A stretch of 54,985 nucleotides of DNA, taken from IMG/VR virus record IMGVR_UViG_3300010396_000013, positions 1 to 54,985 of that record; one strand, 5' to 3'. The position numbers and the translations under genes are program-made. Origin of the DNA: a virus (Duplodnaviria > Caudoviricetes). The stretch's first letter is position 1; each line of letters opens with the position of its first letter. Shown one piece after another: positions 17,217 through 26,454 of this stretch. Below the pieces are notes generated by a model, which was not told the DNA's origin, searched no databases, and was given only the letters and a program-made list of their open reading frames with translations.

Positions 17217-17291
17217 GCCAGTCTGGCCGAATGGCGAGGCTGCGGTTTTGTAAACCGCCCGATAGAAGTTCGATTCCTTTGACTGGCACCA
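17217..17291 (+). tRNA. tRNA-Thr(TGT)
   Basis: Acceptor GCCAGTC/GACTGGC-ACCA; anticodon arm GCGGT-TTTGTAA-ACCGC; TTCGA loop; one T-stem mismatch. Confidence 0.8.
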
Positions 17292-17296
17292 AATAG

Positions 17297-17325
17297 CGCC
17301 GCTCCCTAACCGGGGCGGCGTTTTG
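17297..17325 (+). terminator. Terminator-like hairpin after the tRNA
   Basis: cgccgctcc-ctaacc-ggggcggcg-tttt. Confidence 0.55.
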
Positions 17326-17385
17326 CATTTCTGCGGCAGGCTCGCCGCCAACCACGCGGCATAGCCGCACACAGGAGAAACTGAT

Positions 17386-17865
17386 ATGGCCGGCTTGAGC
17401 ACGAACGGGCTTCCCCCCGTCGCCTACAACGTCAACCCGTCGCTGTCCTATCCGCAGCTTTCCGGCCGTGCGCTGGTTGCCGCTGATACCCAGTCCTCGC
17501 AGGGCGCTGGCCCCCAGTCCGTGGCCGCTACCGCGTTCCAGATCGCGGCTCGTGCGGCCGTGATGTCGATCAACACCGCGACCAGCACCGTAGGCGCGAC
17601 GACGCAGAACACTCTGCTTGGCCGGTGCGTCACCGAGGCGCTGACAACCGCTGTGGGTGCCACCTACACCTACACCCTGACCAACAGCGTGGTCGCCGCC
17701 ACCAGCACCGTGCAGGCGCAGATTTTCAGCCTGACGAACACCGTGCCGGGGATGCAGTTGACCTCCGTGACGCCTGCCGCCGGCTCGGTGGTGTTCGTGT
17801 TCACCAACAACGGTGCGGCGGCGCTCAATGGCACGATGTGCATCGTGTTCGACGTGAACCCGTAA
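17386..17865 (+). CDS. Putative virion structural/decoration protein
   Basis: Thr/Ala/Val-rich beta-type sequence; strong AGGAG RBS; start of the late operon. Confidence 0.55.
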   Translation: MAGLSTNGLPPVAYNVNPSLSYPQLSGRALVAADTQSSQGAGPQSVAATAFQIAARAAVMSINTATSTVGATTQNTLLGRCVTEALTTAVGATYTYTLTNSVVAATSTVQAQIFSLTNTVPGMQLTSVTPAAGSVVFVFTNNGAAALNGTMCIVFDVNP

Positions 17866-17869
17866 CGCG

Positions 17870-18340
17870 ATGGCTAAAGGCGGGGGCACTCGGCGCGGCA
17901 ATGGTTCCGGCTGGGGCGGTCCAGCGAAGGGTGCTGGCAGTAAAACGCCGGCCCACCCTCCGTTTGAACCGGGCAATACTCTCGCGGTAGGCCAAGGCAA
18001 TGCGGGACAGGCCGGACGTGAAGCCGCCAAGACCGCGCGGGAACTGGTCATCTCCAAGGCTGTCGCCGCCGCTCAGGTCTGGATCGATGTGATGGAGGAC
18101 AAGAGCCAGCCCGGCGCAGTGCGCGTCGCTGCGGCGGCGAAAGTAGTGGAGCACGCGGAAGGAACGCCGATCGCGCGGAGTGTGAATGTCCATACCGATG
18201 CAACCGACGCCCTCTCCGATGCCGAACTTGAAGCCGCAATCGCCGCTCTCCGAAAAGATATTGCTGCTGACAAAGCTAGAGCAGACCGAGACGCGCAGGA
18301 AATCGCTGCGGAAACTGCTGGATTACCGGCCCTACACTAA
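17870..18340 (+). CDS. terS: Putative terminase small subunit
   Basis: Immediately upstream of terL; PFEPGN and LSDAEL motifs. Confidence 0.6.
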   Translation: MAKGGGTRRGNGSGWGGPAKGAGSKTPAHPPFEPGNTLAVGQGNAGQAGREAAKTARELVISKAVAAAQVWIDVMEDKSQPGAVRVAAAAKVVEHAEGTPIARSVNVHTDATDALSDAELEAAIAALRKDIAADKARADRDAQEIAAETAGLPALH

Positions 18341-19658
18341 GCAGCGGATATTCCACGCTTTGGGTGCGACAAAGCGCGAGCGGTTGCTGCGCGCTGGCAA
18401 CCAGCTTGGGAAAACGTATACCGGCGCTGCCGAAATGGCGATGCACCTGACGGGCATTTATCCCGACTGGTGGACTGGTCGCAGGTTCGTAAAGGCCGTG
18501 CGGGCGTGGGCCGGCGGCAAGGATAGCCTGAGCGTCCGAGATAGCCTGACGACGCTGCTTCTCGGCCCTATTGGCGACCGTCCCACCGGGTTCATTCCGC
18601 CGGATCGGGTGGTCAATGTCATTACGGCGCGCGGCATCCCAAACGGGGTCGATACCGTCACGGTGAAGCATGTAAGCGGCGGCATATCGACGCTGGCGTT
18701 CAAGTCCTACGACCAGGGACGCGAGCGGTGGCAGGCGGCAACGCTTGATCTGGTATGGCTCGATGAAGAGCCGGGCGAAGACATTTACCTTGAGGCACTG
18801 AGCCGCACCAACGCGACTGGCGGCATGCTCTACATGACGTTCACGCCCCTTTTAGGGATGAGCACGGTTGTCAGGCGGTTCTTGATGGAGGCCAGCGAAG
18901 ATCGGTCGGACACCAATCTGACCATCGAAGACGCCGAGCACATCTCAGAATCTGAACGTCGAAAGATCATCGCCGGATATCCGGCGCACGAGCGGGAAGC
19001 GCGAACGCTGGGTATCCCGTCCATGGGCTCCGGCCGCATCTTCCCTGTGGATGAAAATAACATCAAGATCGCCGCATTCCCGATCCCGGCACATTGGGCG
19101 ATCATCGGCGCGCTTGACTTCGGCTGGGACCATCCGACTGCGGCGGCCAGGCTGGCATGGGATCGCGATACCGATACGGTCTACGTCACCCACACCCACA
19201 AGCTGCGCGAGGCGGTTCCTGCGGTGCATATCGCGGCGCTACGGTCATGGGGCGAGCAGATGCCGTGGGCATGGCCGCACGACGGGCTACAGCACGACAA
19301 GGGAGCCGGGGTTCAGATCGCCGAGCAGTATCGGCGCGGTGGCCTCAGGATGCTCGCTGAGCGGGCGCAGTATGCCGGCGAGCGCGGCAGCAGCGTAGAG
19401 GCCGGCATCAGCGACATGCTGGAGCGAATGGAGACTGACCGCTTCAAGGTGTTCAGCCATCTGAACGACTTTTTCGAGGAGTTCCGGCTTTACCATCGCA
19501 AGGATGGAAAGGTCGTCAAGGAGTTCGACGACGTGATTTCGGCAATTCGCTACGGAATCATGAGCCTGCGTTTTGCCAAGCCGGTCGGCGGCGAGCCGAA
19601 GAAAAAGCCTTCGGTGCCGCCCAATCGGCAGCCCAGCAGCACATCATGGATGGGGTAA
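18186..19658 (+). CDS. terL: Terminase large subunit, P22-like (start uncertain)
   Basis: AGNQLGKT Walker A, FKSYDQGRERWQ, WLDEEP, LDFGWDHPTAA, WAWPHDG and DDVISAIRY motifs. Confidence 0.95.
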   Translation: MSIPMQPTPSPMPNLKPQSPLSEKILLLTKLEQTETRRKSLRKLLDYRPYTKQRIFHALGATKRERLLRAGNQLGKTYTGAAEMAMHLTGIYPDWWTGRRFVKAVRAWAGGKDSLSVRDSLTTLLLGPIGDRPTGFIPPDRVVNVITARGIPNGVDTVTVKHVSGGISTLAFKSYDQGRERWQAATLDLVWLDEEPGEDIYLEALSRTNATGGMLYMTFTPLLGMSTVVRRFLMEASEDRSDTNLTIEDAEHISESERRKIIAGYPAHEREARTLGIPSMGSGRIFPVDENNIKIAAFPIPAHWAIIGALDFGWDHPTAAARLAWDRDTDTVYVTHTHKLREAVPAVHIAALRSWGEQMPWAWPHDGLQHDKGAGVQIAEQYRRGGLRMLAERAQYAGERGSSVEAGISDMLERMETDRFKVFSHLNDFFEEFRLYHRKDGKVVKEFDDVISAIRYGIMSLRFAKPVGGEPKKKPSVPPNRQPSSTSWMG

Positions 19659-19666
19659 AATCCTTT

Positions 19667-21841
19667 ATGTCCGACGCGCCCGCAACCGCCATGGACGAAG
19701 ATGCTAAAATCGTCCGTGAAGCACAGAAGCGGACGGATCGCGCGTTGGAACTGGAATCCTATGCGCGCGACAATCTCGTAAATGATGTTAAGTTCGGCGT
19801 CGGTGATGCTCGGAACGGCTATCAGTGGCCCGACGATATGCGCAAGTCGCGTCAGGTCGATCAGCGGCCGTGTCTGACCATCAACAAAACGGAGCAGCAC
19901 TGCCTCCAAATCGTCAATGATGCCCGCCAGAACAAGGCCGGCATCAAGGTCCGCGCTGTTGGTGACGAAGCCACGTTCGAGGCTGCGCAGATTTTTGAAG
20001 GCATTATCCGGCACATCGAATACGAGTCGAACGCGCAGGCGGCTTACGACACCGCGACATGGTGGCAGGTCTTCGGGGGCATCGGCTATTTTCGTGTCCT
20101 GACCGAGTATGTGTCCGATAAGAGCTTTGACCAAGAAATCCGTATCCGCCGCATCCCTGATCCGTTGACGGTGGTGATGGACAACAACACCCATAATTAC
20201 GATGGGTCGGACGCCAAATGGGCGACCGTGTTTACTCAGATCACGCATGATGAGGCCAAGGCACAATATCCGGATGCCGATTTTTCATCCGACACGCTCG
20301 GCATCGAGGTCAGCAGCGCGTGGATTGATGACGACATGGTGCGCGTCGCGGAATATTTCCGCAAAAGCGAGAAGGCCGACACGCTGTATGCGCTGGTGGA
20401 CGGAACGACCGTTCTAGCCAGCGAGTTGCGCAAACAGGGCATCCCGCTGCCGCCCAAGGCGATGATCGAACAGCAACGCAAAGTCACGGCCGATCAGGTC
20501 GAGTGGTTCAAGATCGTCGGCAACAAGATCGTGGAACGCCGCGAATGGCCGGGGAAATACATCCCGATCTGCCGCGTCGTTGGCCAAGAGACCAAGCTGG
20601 ATGGTCGCATCGACCGCAAGGGCCACGTCCGCGCTCTGCTCGATCCGCAGCGGATGTATAACTATAATTCGTCGTCCGCCATCGAGAATATGTCGCTGCA
20701 AACCAAAATTCCTTGGGTGATGGAGGCGGCGGCAATCGAGGGGCGCGAGGAAGATTGGGAGAACTCCAATACCGTCAACAAAGCCGTCTTGACCTATAAC
20801 GGCTGGGACGACCAAGGGAGTCGCACGATTGCGGCACCCCAGCGCATCCAGCCGCCAGTCCAGTCCGCCGCCTACATGCAGGGGATGCAGGTAGCGCAGC
20901 AGGAAATGATGATGGTGTCCGGCCAGTATCAGGCCGTGATGGGCGCGCAGTCGAATGAGACCAGCGGCAAGGCGATCAACGCCCGGCAGCGGCAGGGTGA
21001 CAACGCGACCTATCATTTCATCGACCATCTGGCGCAGGCGATCCGATATTGCGGGCAGATCATTATCGACATGATCCCCCGCGTCTATGATACCCCGCGC
21101 ATCGTCAAGATCATGGCCGAGAGTGGCGACCAGGCGACGGTGCAGCTTGATCCGAACGCGGCAGCCGCACACACCGTCAATGGTCGGCCCGGTGCTACGG
21201 ACGAAAGCGGCCCGACACTGCAACAGTTGGCACAGCAGGCGCAGATCGTGTTCAACCCGAACATTGGCCGCTACGACATTGAAAGCGATGTCGGGCCGGC
21301 TTATGCGACGCAGCGTCAGGAGGCGTTCAACGCGATCACGCAAATTCTGACGCAGGCTCCGCAACTGGTGACGATCATCGGCGATCTGCTGTTCAAGTCG
21401 GCTGACTTCCCCGGCTCGGATGAGATTTCCAAGCGCCTGAAAAACATGGTGCCTCCGCAGGCGATGGGCGGTCCTGATCCGCAGACCCAGCAGCTACAGG
21501 GCGAAGCGCAGAAGATGCAGGCGTCTATCGTGGCGCTGACGCAGGCGCTTTCGGATGAGAAACGCAAGGCGGCTGACAGGGCGTCGGCAATCGCGGTTGA
21601 TGACTTCCGCGCCAAGACGGAGCGGTTCAAGGGCGTCATTGAGGAAATGCGGTTGGCCAAAGAAGGCCGCATCGATGATGCATCCGACGAATACCGCGCC
21701 GAGACCGACCGGCTGAAAGTGCTGGCCGTCGCGATGGGGCCGGAAGCGTTCATGGCGGTGACGCAGGAGGCCGTGATGCAGGCGATGCAGACGCAGTTGC
21801 CGGCGGTTGAGGCTGCGCCGGCTATGCAAGGCGCGATGTGA
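19667..21841 (+). CDS. Portal protein, P22-like
   Basis: QWP..RPCLTIN, DPQRMYNY, ETSGKAINARQRQG and GRYDI..DVGP.Y.TQRQE motifs. Confidence 0.92.
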   Translation: MSDAPATAMDEDAKIVREAQKRTDRALELESYARDNLVNDVKFGVGDARNGYQWPDDMRKSRQVDQRPCLTINKTEQHCLQIVNDARQNKAGIKVRAVGDEATFEAAQIFEGIIRHIEYESNAQAAYDTATWWQVFGGIGYFRVLTEYVSDKSFDQEIRIRRIPDPLTVVMDNNTHNYDGSDAKWATVFTQITHDEAKAQYPDADFSSDTLGIEVSSAWIDDDMVRVAEYFRKSEKADTLYALVDGTTVLASELRKQGIPLPPKAMIEQQRKVTADQVEWFKIVGNKIVERREWPGKYIPICRVVGQETKLDGRIDRKGHVRALLDPQRMYNYNSSSAIENMSLQTKIPWVMEAAAIEGREEDWENSNTVNKAVLTYNGWDDQGSRTIAAPQRIQPPVQSAAYMQGMQVAQQEMMMVSGQYQAVMGAQSNETSGKAINARQRQGDNATYHFIDHLAQAIRYCGQIIIDMIPRVYDTPRIVKIMAESGDQATVQLDPNAAAAHTVNGRPGATDESGPTLQQLAQQAQIVFNPNIGRYDIESDVGPAYATQRQEAFNAITQILTQAPQLVTIIGDLLFKSADFPGSDEISKRLKNMVPPQAMGGPDPQTQQLQGEAQKMQASIVALTQALSDEKRKAADRASAIAVDDFRAKTERFKGVIEEMRLAKEGRIDDASDEYRAETDRLKVLAVAMGPEAFMAVTQEAVMQAMQTQLPAVEAAPAMQGAM

Positions 21842-22908
21842 TGGCCACCACCACCGAACAGCAAATGAACGCGCTGCTGGATTACTACGGCGGCGGCCTC
21901 AATGGCGGTCCCAATGCGCCGTCGTCCACTTCGACGGGGGATTTCAGCACCCATTCCGCCGCGCCGAATGAAATGGCGATTGCTCAGGCTTTAGGAATCG
22001 ACCCGACCGCAGCATCAATCGGTATGACTGGTCTCACCAGCATGATGGGGCCGGTAGGAACCGCTCTCGGCGTCGCCAACAGCATCGGCAATGCGGTCAA
22101 TACCAGTTCCAACACCAACATGCTCGGCAGCCTCGGAACCAGTCCTAGCGCGATGCAGTCGCTTGGTGGCGCGTTTGGCATGAACGCGCTGGCCGGGAAC
22201 TATACGGGCGCGCTGAACATGGCTTTGGGCGATAAGATGTCTGGATTCCAAGGTATGGAAATCGGGCAGGCACCCGGTGATTATGGGCCTGGGTTTGCCG
22301 GCTCTCCGACCGCTTCGCCCGCCGATGTGATGGCCGGCTATGGACCGGGCGCGGTATCGTCTTCCGACCTTGGCGCGCCAAGCGGCGGCGGCGGCAATGG
22401 CGGGGGCGGCTCGGACAACGGCAATGGAGCCAACGACAACAGTGGGGGCGCCGATCCCGGGGGCGCGGCGAGCGAAGCGGGGTTTGCACGCGGCGGCCTC
22501 GTGATGGGCAACCGGCTGGCGCAGGGAACCCCTCGCACCGGCCTCATACAGGGCGCTGCGCCCGGTCAGGCCGATAGCCGGCAGATGACGGTGCCGCGCG
22601 GGGCCTATGTGGCTCCTGCGGCTGCTGTGGCTGCTGTGGGGCAGGGCAACACCTCGGCGGGCGCGAAGGCCCTGGACAACGGAGCCAAGACCGCCAGCGG
22701 TGCCGATCCGGTGCAGGCCAACGTATCGGACGGCGAGTTCGTGATTGATCCGGCGCGCGTGATGGCGATCGGTGGCGGCGACATGAAACTCGGCGCGGCG
22801 AGATTGGATCACCTGTTCAGCATCATCCGCCAACACGGTATCGACGGCATGATTCCGGAAGGGCGGCCGTTCGTGCTGGAAAACCTGTTTGTGAGGAAGT
22901 CGGCATGA
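21841..22908 (+). CDS. Gly/Ser-rich hypothetical virion protein
   Basis: FARGG, G..DS..VP.G.YV and SDGEFV motifs; located between portal and scaffold. Confidence 0.6.
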   Translation: MATTTEQQMNALLDYYGGGLNGGPNAPSSTSTGDFSTHSAAPNEMAIAQALGIDPTAASIGMTGLTSMMGPVGTALGVANSIGNAVNTSSNTNMLGSLGTSPSAMQSLGGAFGMNALAGNYTGALNMALGDKMSGFQGMEIGQAPGDYGPGFAGSPTASPADVMAGYGPGAVSSSDLGAPSGGGGNGGGGSDNGNGANDNSGGADPGGAASEAGFARGGLVMGNRLAQGTPRTGLIQGAAPGQADSRQMTVPRGAYVAPAAAVAAVGQGNTSAGAKALDNGAKTASGADPVQANVSDGEFVIDPARVMAIGGGDMKLGAARLDHLFSIIRQHGIDGMIPEGRPFVLENLFVRKSA

Positions 22909-23177
22909 TCCGCACCCACGTCATGGTCGCCAAGGTCGCCAAAGGCATTGCCGCTGCGGCCTATGAAGACCTCGCCCGCGATGATGCGTTCTTCAAAATG
23001 CATCCCAACCAGCGGGTTTTCGTGCGCACGAAGTGGAAGCATTTCGTAGAGCCGGCGGTGAAGACCCTCGGCTCCATGCTTGGCGGCAACTACTCGGAAA
23101 CCTACAAGGCCGAGATTTACGAAGCATTGCTCAAGCATTGGGCATTGCAGGGTAAGGACGTGCAGGAGATTCATTGA
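22905..23177 (+). CDS. Hypothetical protein
   Basis: GAGG RBS; ATGA coupling. Confidence 0.65.
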   Translation: MIRTHVMVAKVAKGIAAAAYEDLARDDAFFKMHPNQRVFVRTKWKHFVEPAVKTLGSMLGGNYSETYKAEIYEALLKHWALQGKDVQEIH

Positions 23178-23260
23178 ACTGTTCCATTTCCTGTTCCGCT
23201 CAATCGAACAGAATACCCTCCCGGCAGGGCAAGCCGGTGCGACCAACCCCATGAGGGACC

Positions 23261-24046
23261 ATGAGCGAGACCACCGAAGCCGCCCCGGCAACCGAGGCGA
23301 CCGAAACCGATGACGCCAACAAATCCGCCCCCGAGACCGCATCGGGCGCGGAACAGGCAGAAGCGAAGGGCGAAGGTGAAGGCGACAAGCCCGAAACCGA
23401 AGCGGACGCCGACCCAAAGCCCAAAGCAGCCCCATGGTGGGACAAGCGTATTGCGGTCCTGACGGCGAAGAACGCCAGCGCTGAGCAAATGCTGGCCGAG
23501 GCTAATGCCCGGCTGGCGGCGCTGGAAGGGCGTCGAGAGGAACCCGCGCAGCCCAACGGCGAGATGACCGAGGCCGAATTCAACCGCCGCGTCGAGGAAC
23601 GGGCGGCGCAGAAAGCCGCGCAACATGCCCATGCGACGCGGCTGCAACTGATGATCGAGACCGGCAACAAGGAGTTCACGCCGGCCGAGTTCACCGCCAA
23701 AAGCAACACCCTCGCCGGCATGGGCGCGACCGAAAACGCCGCGTTCATGGCGGAGCTGACCGATTCCGAAAATGGCCACAAGATCGTGGCATATCTCGGC
23801 GATCATCCCGAGGAAGCGGAGCGCATGCTGGCGCTGCCGCCGAACCGCATCGCACGCGAGATGACGAAGCTGGATATGAAGGTTGGCCAGGCGCCGGCCG
23901 CGAAACCAGTGTCACGCGCCCCGGCCCCGGTCAATCCGGTGAATGGCGGTGGACGGCTTGAGGCCAGCCTTGAAGACCCAAACCTTCCTGTTGAGAAGTG
24001 GATTGAACTCCGCAACAAGGAAATCGCGAAGAAAAAGGGCCACTAA
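23261..24046 (+). CDS. Scaffolding protein
   Basis: Acidic N-terminus, coiled coil, VSRAPAPV.PV C-terminal motif; upstream of the coat gene. Confidence 0.8.
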   Translation: MSETTEAAPATEATETDDANKSAPETASGAEQAEAKGEGEGDKPETEADADPKPKAAPWWDKRIAVLTAKNASAEQMLAEANARLAALEGRREEPAQPNGEMTEAEFNRRVEERAAQKAAQHAHATRLQLMIETGNKEFTPAEFTAKSNTLAGMGATENAAFMAELTDSENGHKIVAYLGDHPEEAERMLALPPNRIAREMTKLDMKVGQAPAAKPVSRAPAPVNPVNGGGRLEASLEDPNLPVEKWIELRNKEIAKKKGH

Positions 24047-24154
24047 CGCCTTTCGTGCCTAAGCCGCCGGCCGGATAGCCGTGTGACGTGCCGTGCCTGT
24101 GACGACAAGTGGATGTGGCTGTCTGAAACATTCTTCCACGCTGTCAACGAATAC

Positions 24155-24191
24155 GGCCCCGATAACCGAAAGGTGAGGGGCCTTTTCTTTG
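24155..24191 (+). terminator. Intrinsic terminator between the scaffold and coat genes
   Basis: ggcccc-N16-ggggcc-ttttcttt. Confidence 0.55.
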
Positions 24192-24234
24192 TGGCACGCG
24201 CCATGCCTACGGGCGGCGCGAGTGGAGAACTCTC

Positions 24235-25449
24235 ATGGCCAATGCTCTTCTCACGATCGACATGATCACCAATGAGGCCGTGCGCCTCTGGAAAAACTCC
24301 AACCTGTTCATCCAGAATATCGATGTGCAGTACGATGACCAGTTCGCGGTGGCCGGTGCCAAGATCGGCGACACCCTGCGCATCCGGCTGCCGAACGATT
24401 ACGTGCTGCGTACCGGCGCCGCCGCGAGCGTGCAGGACACCGCTGAGCAGTCCACCACGATGACGGTGGCGACCCAGCAGGGCGTCGATATGTCGTTCAC
24501 CTCCAAAGATCTGACCATGTCGTTGGACGATTTCAGCCGGCGCATTCTTGCTCCGGCCGTGAACACCACTGCGGGCGGCGTGGCGTTGTCGATCATGGCC
24601 GGCGCTGATGGCGGCGTCTCCAACTACGTCGCCAACACTGACGGCTCGGGCAACATCATCGCGCCGACCATCGACACTGTGCTTCAGGCGCGCGCGATCC
24701 TGGCGGAAAACTCGGCCCCCGGCATGGCTCGCAAGTTCGTGCTTGGCCCGCGTTCGATGGCGCACGCCACTTCGACGCTGGCCGGCTTGTTCAACCCGTC
24801 GCAGGCGATTGGTGAGCAGTATCGCAGCGGCGAGGTGAAGAACGCGCTGGGCTTTGATTGGTATGAAGACCAGACCGTTCTGGCCCATACCACGGCGTCT
24901 TATTCCGGCAGCCTGACCGTCAACGGGGCTGGTCAAAGCGGGACCGCCATCACCGTCAATGCGATCACTGGCGGTCTGGCGCAGGGCGACATCATCACCT
25001 TCGCCGGGGTGTATGCCGTCAACCGCATCACCAAGCAGACGACTGGCCAGCTTCGCCAGTTCGCTGTGACGGCTGCGGTTCCGAGCGGAGGCACCACCAT
25101 CAACGTCTACCCGGCGCTGGTGCCCGCCAACAACGGCAACGCGGTGCAGTATCAGACCGTGACGGCGTCGCCGGCCAACTCCGCCGCGATCGTGGTGGCG
25201 TCGGCCTCTGGTGCCATCTACCGCAAGAACATCGCCTACGTCCCGGAAGCCATCACCATGGCGACCGCCGACCTGGTGATGCCGCCGAACGTGGAAGCGA
25301 GCCGGAAGGTCTACGACGGCGTTTCGATGCGCATGATCCGCCAGTATGCGATCGGCACCGACCAGCTCATCACCCGCATGGATGTCCTCTACGGCTTCAA
25401 ATACGTGCGGCCGGAATGGTGCGTGGTGGTGGCCGATACCCCGAACTAA
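24235..25449 (+). CDS. Major capsid protein, P22 coat family
   Basis: MANALLT..MIT.EA, KIGDTLRIRLP and RMDVLYG..VRPEW motifs. Confidence 0.92.
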   Translation: MANALLTIDMITNEAVRLWKNSNLFIQNIDVQYDDQFAVAGAKIGDTLRIRLPNDYVLRTGAAASVQDTAEQSTTMTVATQQGVDMSFTSKDLTMSLDDFSRRILAPAVNTTAGGVALSIMAGADGGVSNYVANTDGSGNIIAPTIDTVLQARAILAENSAPGMARKFVLGPRSMAHATSTLAGLFNPSQAIGEQYRSGEVKNALGFDWYEDQTVLAHTTASYSGSLTVNGAGQSGTAITVNAITGGLAQGDIITFAGVYAVNRITKQTTGQLRQFAVTAAVPSGGTTINVYPALVPANNGNAVQYQTVTASPANSAAIVVASASGAIYRKNIAYVPEAITMATADLVMPPNVEASRKVYDGVSMRMIRQYAIGTDQLITRMDVLYGFKYVRPEWCVVVADTPN

Positions 25450-25473
25450 ACCCCAGCCGAATGAGAAAGCCCT

Positions 25474-25728
25474 ATGACGAATATGCCGCGCCCTTACATG
25501 GAATACCCGAAGTGGGTGACGCCGCCTGATGGCGTTGCTCGCGTCGTGGAGACACCAGAGGAAGAGGCATCCGTCATGGGGCTTTCTGATGCTCCTGACC
25601 CGCAATCGAACCCGCTGAGCGAGCGTGACGACCTCGCACGTGAGGCGGAACGGCGCGGGATGCAGATCGACAAGCGATGGGGGGTCGAGCGGTTGCGTCT
25701 CGCCCTTTATCCCCCAACGGAGGAATAA
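25474..25728 (+). CDS. Small head-associated protein
   Basis: EYPKWV and GMQIDKRWGVERL motifs typical of the gene after P22-like coat genes. Confidence 0.6.
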   Translation: MTNMPRPYMEYPKWVTPPDGVARVVETPEEEASVMGLSDAPDPQSNPLSERDDLAREAERRGMQIDKRWGVERLRLALYPPTEE

Positions 25729-25731
25729 TCG

Positions 25732-26454
25732 ATGACGGTAGGCGATCTGATCCGCATGGCGCTGAAAGAATGCGGTGTGCTGGGTGTGGGTCAGACCGCT
25801 TCCGCCGAAGACTCGAACGATGCCTTGATCAAGGCCAACTGGATGATCGGGCAATGGAACCGCAAGCGGTGGCTGGTATTCCGCACCCTTGACGCCTCTG
25901 TGGTGGCGACGGGTGCGCTCACCTATTCCATCGGCGTAGGGGGCGACATCAACGCCGCGCGCCCGGATCAACTGGAAGGCGGCTTCGTTCGGCAACTGGT
26001 CAATGGTGGCAACCCGACAAATCTGGTTGATTATCCGATATCGCTGATTACGGCGCGAGAGGATTACAATCGGATCGCGCTTAAGACGCTGACACCGTTT
26101 CCGCAGTATTATTTCTATGATCCGACCTTCCCGCTTGGCACGCTGTATCCGTGGCCGGTGCCGCAGGCGTCTATCTATGAAATTCATGTCTCTCTCAAGG
26201 CGGAACTGACGACATTCGGTGGACTGACGGATACCATTGCTTTGCCGCCCGAGTATTTCGAGGCGATCCTTTACAATCTCGCGGTGCGGTTGGCTCCTTC
26301 CTACGGGCTGGAAGCGCCGATGACGGTCAAGGCGCTTGCGAATGCGTCTCTGGCAACGGTGCGAGGCGCGAACATGCAGATCAAGCGGGCAACGTTGCCC
26401 GCTGCCGTGCTGCCGCGTGGATCGTCTTATAACGTGTATTCGGATCAGTCCTGA
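25732..26454 (+). CDS. Head-to-tail adaptor (P22 gp4-like)
   Basis: MTVGDLIRMALKECGV...AILYNLAVRLAPSYG; gene position. Confidence 0.75.
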   Translation: MTVGDLIRMALKECGVLGVGQTASAEDSNDALIKANWMIGQWNRKRWLVFRTLDASVVATGALTYSIGVGGDINAARPDQLEGGFVRQLVNGGNPTNLVDYPISLITAREDYNRIALKTLTPFPQYYFYDPTFPLGTLYPWPVPQASIYEIHVSLKAELTTFGGLTDTIALPPEYFEAILYNLAVRLAPSYGLEAPMTVKALANASLATVRGANMQIKRATLPAAVLPRGSSYNVYSDQS

